Shown here one piece after another: positions 32,302 through 33,549 of a stretch of DNA of 33,549 nucleotides (its first letter is position 1; each line of letters opens with the position of its first letter). Where the stretch lies: assembly GCA_035470985.1 (NCBI GenBank), contig DATIQI010000244.1, forward strand, positions 1 through 33,549, in the 5' to 3' direction. Made by a program: the position numbers and the translations under genes. Source of the DNA: Acidobacteriota bacterium (GTDB lineage: Bacteria > Eisenbacteria > RBG-16-71-46 > SZUA-252). The notes under the pieces were generated by a model. That model saw nothing but the letters and a program-made list of their open reading frames with translations, ran no database searches and had not been told where the DNA came from.

Positions 32302-33201
32302 CTACCGCCAGTCCCCAATGTACTCATCACCAGGACCGGGGCTGACCTGGGCTTGGCCGGAGCCATCAGGGTTCATCGTGACGATCGCGAGGTACGCCGA
32401 AGCACCCCAGGAGAAAGCGATCTTGGACCCGTCGGGCGACCAGATTGGGTACCACTTGATTCCGCTTGTGTTCGTTAGCTTCTGGAGGTTTGCTCCGTCG
32501 CTATTCACGACATAGATTTGCGAGTCACTACCTGACGGCCCATACCAGTGGAACACGATCCTCGCCCCGTCAGGCGACATCCGCGGGTAGACCTCGTGAA
32601 CGGTGCCGAGGTTTAGACTGAGGATGCGGCTCTGGCCAGTTCCGTCCGCGTTGAACCGGACGATCCCGAAGCCGTCAACACCGAGAAATGTGTTCTGCGA
32701 TGTCCAGCTAATCTCGAACACGTTTAGGGTATCCGCTACGAGTGTGGGAGAGGTACCGTCCGCGTTGACTGTCCAGAGTTCCGGGTACGTGCTCGTCGTG
32801 CGAACGAAGGAGATTCTGGTCCCATCCGGGGACCAGCTGGGGCTGTCGTCGCCAAGATCATCCGTAAGTCGCACGGGGTCCGTCCCATCCCAATTCATAA
32901 CCGCGAGTTGATGCCGGTCGAAGGGATACGTCTGTGCGACGTAGCGCCGGAGGAACGCGATCCGTTTCCCATCGGGAGACCACCGAGGTTGCGAGTCAAA
33001 GAGGGAGTCATTGGTTAGCCGCGCCACGCCGGAGCCATCGGGCCTCATCGAATAGACCTCCCAGGCGGGAATGTCCCGGGAGCTGGCGAACAGGAGCCCG
33101 TTGCCTGACGTGGGGAGAGATGGCTTGGTCGGTTTGTCTTTGTCGCATGCAGTGCATAGCACCATTGCCATCAGTACAAGCAGGGGAACGCGCTTCAGCA
33201 T
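32302..33201 (-). CDS. TolB-like PD40 beta-propeller (lipo)protein
   Basis: The ATG at 33201 has GGAG upstream. The signal is MLKRVPLLVLMAMVLCTAC. PD40 motifs repeat through the protein: QPRWSPDGKRIAF, SPSWSPDGTRISF, YPRMSPDGARIVF, YPIWSPDGSKIAF. Confidence 0.8.
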   Translation of the reverse strand: MLKRVPLLVLMAMVLCTACDKDKPTKPSLPTSGNGLLFASSRDIPAWEVYSMRPDGSGVARLTNDSLFDSQPRWSPDGKRIAFLRRYVAQTYPFDRHQLAVMNWDGTDPVRLTDDLGDDSPSWSPDGTRISFVRTTSTYPELWTVNADGTSPTLVADTLNVFEISWTSQNTFLGVDGFGIVRFNADGTGQSRILSLNLGTVHEVYPRMSPDGARIVFHWYGPSGSDSQIYVVNSDGANLQKLTNTSGIKWYPIWSPDGSKIAFSWGASAYLAIVTMNPDGSGQAQVSPGPGDEYIGDWR

Positions 33202-33549
33202 GGGAACTCCTTCTGACACAGGCCCAGAGAGGCCACCGGGCGAGGGTCCTCGGACGGGGGACGCATTGATTCTCGCCTTCAGCATGTTCAGATTAGGATG
33301 GTCCACAAGGTCCAGATCTCCACGCGGACTGCTGCCTCTCAAGGAGGTGCTAGTGGGGGGACTCCTTCGCAGCAGCCGCGGGAAGCGGCGGATAAACCGG
33401 GCTCGTGCGTGTACCGCTCCCGGGGAGCGCGGCTGCCGATGCCACGAGTATGCGCGCCTCCCGGCCGCGGCCGCAACGGCGGTCCGGCCGTCGGATGGAC
33501 CTCGCGTGACCGCTACGGCGTCCAACCGGCCCACTGCCCCGTGTTCAGG

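Noticed and set aside
33326-33352. GGACTGCTGCCTCTCAAGGAGGTGCTA at the right edge of the low-GC block resembles the tRNA-Lys anticodon-arm region (CGACTCCCTGCTTAAAAGGCAGGTGCTC); considered as a possible attR remnant
   Set aside because: By hand alignment only about 18 of 28 positions match, with one gap. The best-matching part (AAGGAGGTG) is also a generic Shine-Dalgarno-like string. This is not convincing without a proper alignment search.
33202-33534. An N-terminal 111-aa extension of the PD40 protein ORF (32302..33534)
   Set aside because: The extension is R/P/S/A-rich with no signal peptide. The internal ATG at 33201 has a GGAG RBS and gives a canonical lipoprotein-type signal. GC rises again beyond about 33330, which suggests different, non-coding or neighbouring sequence.

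Overview
This is a high-GC window (about 70-75% in hand-counted lines) from a bacterium whose large secreted proteins carry T9SS/FlgD-type C-terminal sorting tails. That suggests an FCB-superphylum or Gemmatimonadota/Eisenbacteria-like lineage, which is inference only. Most long ORFs in the supplied track are antisense or read-through artefacts of the GC bias, so the real genes were resolved from motifs, signal peptides, RBSs and start/stop overlaps. From left to right the window contains: (1) a partial secreted thioredoxin-fold gene coupled to a YkgJ-type Cys-cluster gene. (2) Two paralogous unknown lipoproteins bracketing a Tat-signal small subunit plus GMC flavoprotein pair. (3) A sigma-54 (NtrC-type) two-component system. 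(4) A Rieske/cytochrome b operon whose c-type partners are an 11-heme membrane-anchored cytochrome and a tetraheme cytochrome, plus a separately terminated monoheme cytochrome c. (5) An atypical LuxR-type regulator with a histone-H1-like tail. (6) A 930-aa T9SS-tailed protein. (7) A small membrane protein with an L7/L12 C-terminal-like domain. (8) tRNA-Lys(UUU) abutted by a compact integrative element of about 8 kb: integrase, Xis-like HTH, Replic_Relax-like protein, zinc-ribbon membrane protein, T4CP/HerA-like ATPase and three uncharacterised membrane proteins, almost all translationally coupled. (9) A block of about 5 kb with markedly lower GC encoding a 1319-aa T9SS-tailed protein and a TolB-like lipoprotein. 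The best candidate for an undescribed system is the four-gene membrane/ATPase module at 22425-26576 inside the tRNA-linked element. No CRISPR array, rRNA or transposase was seen.
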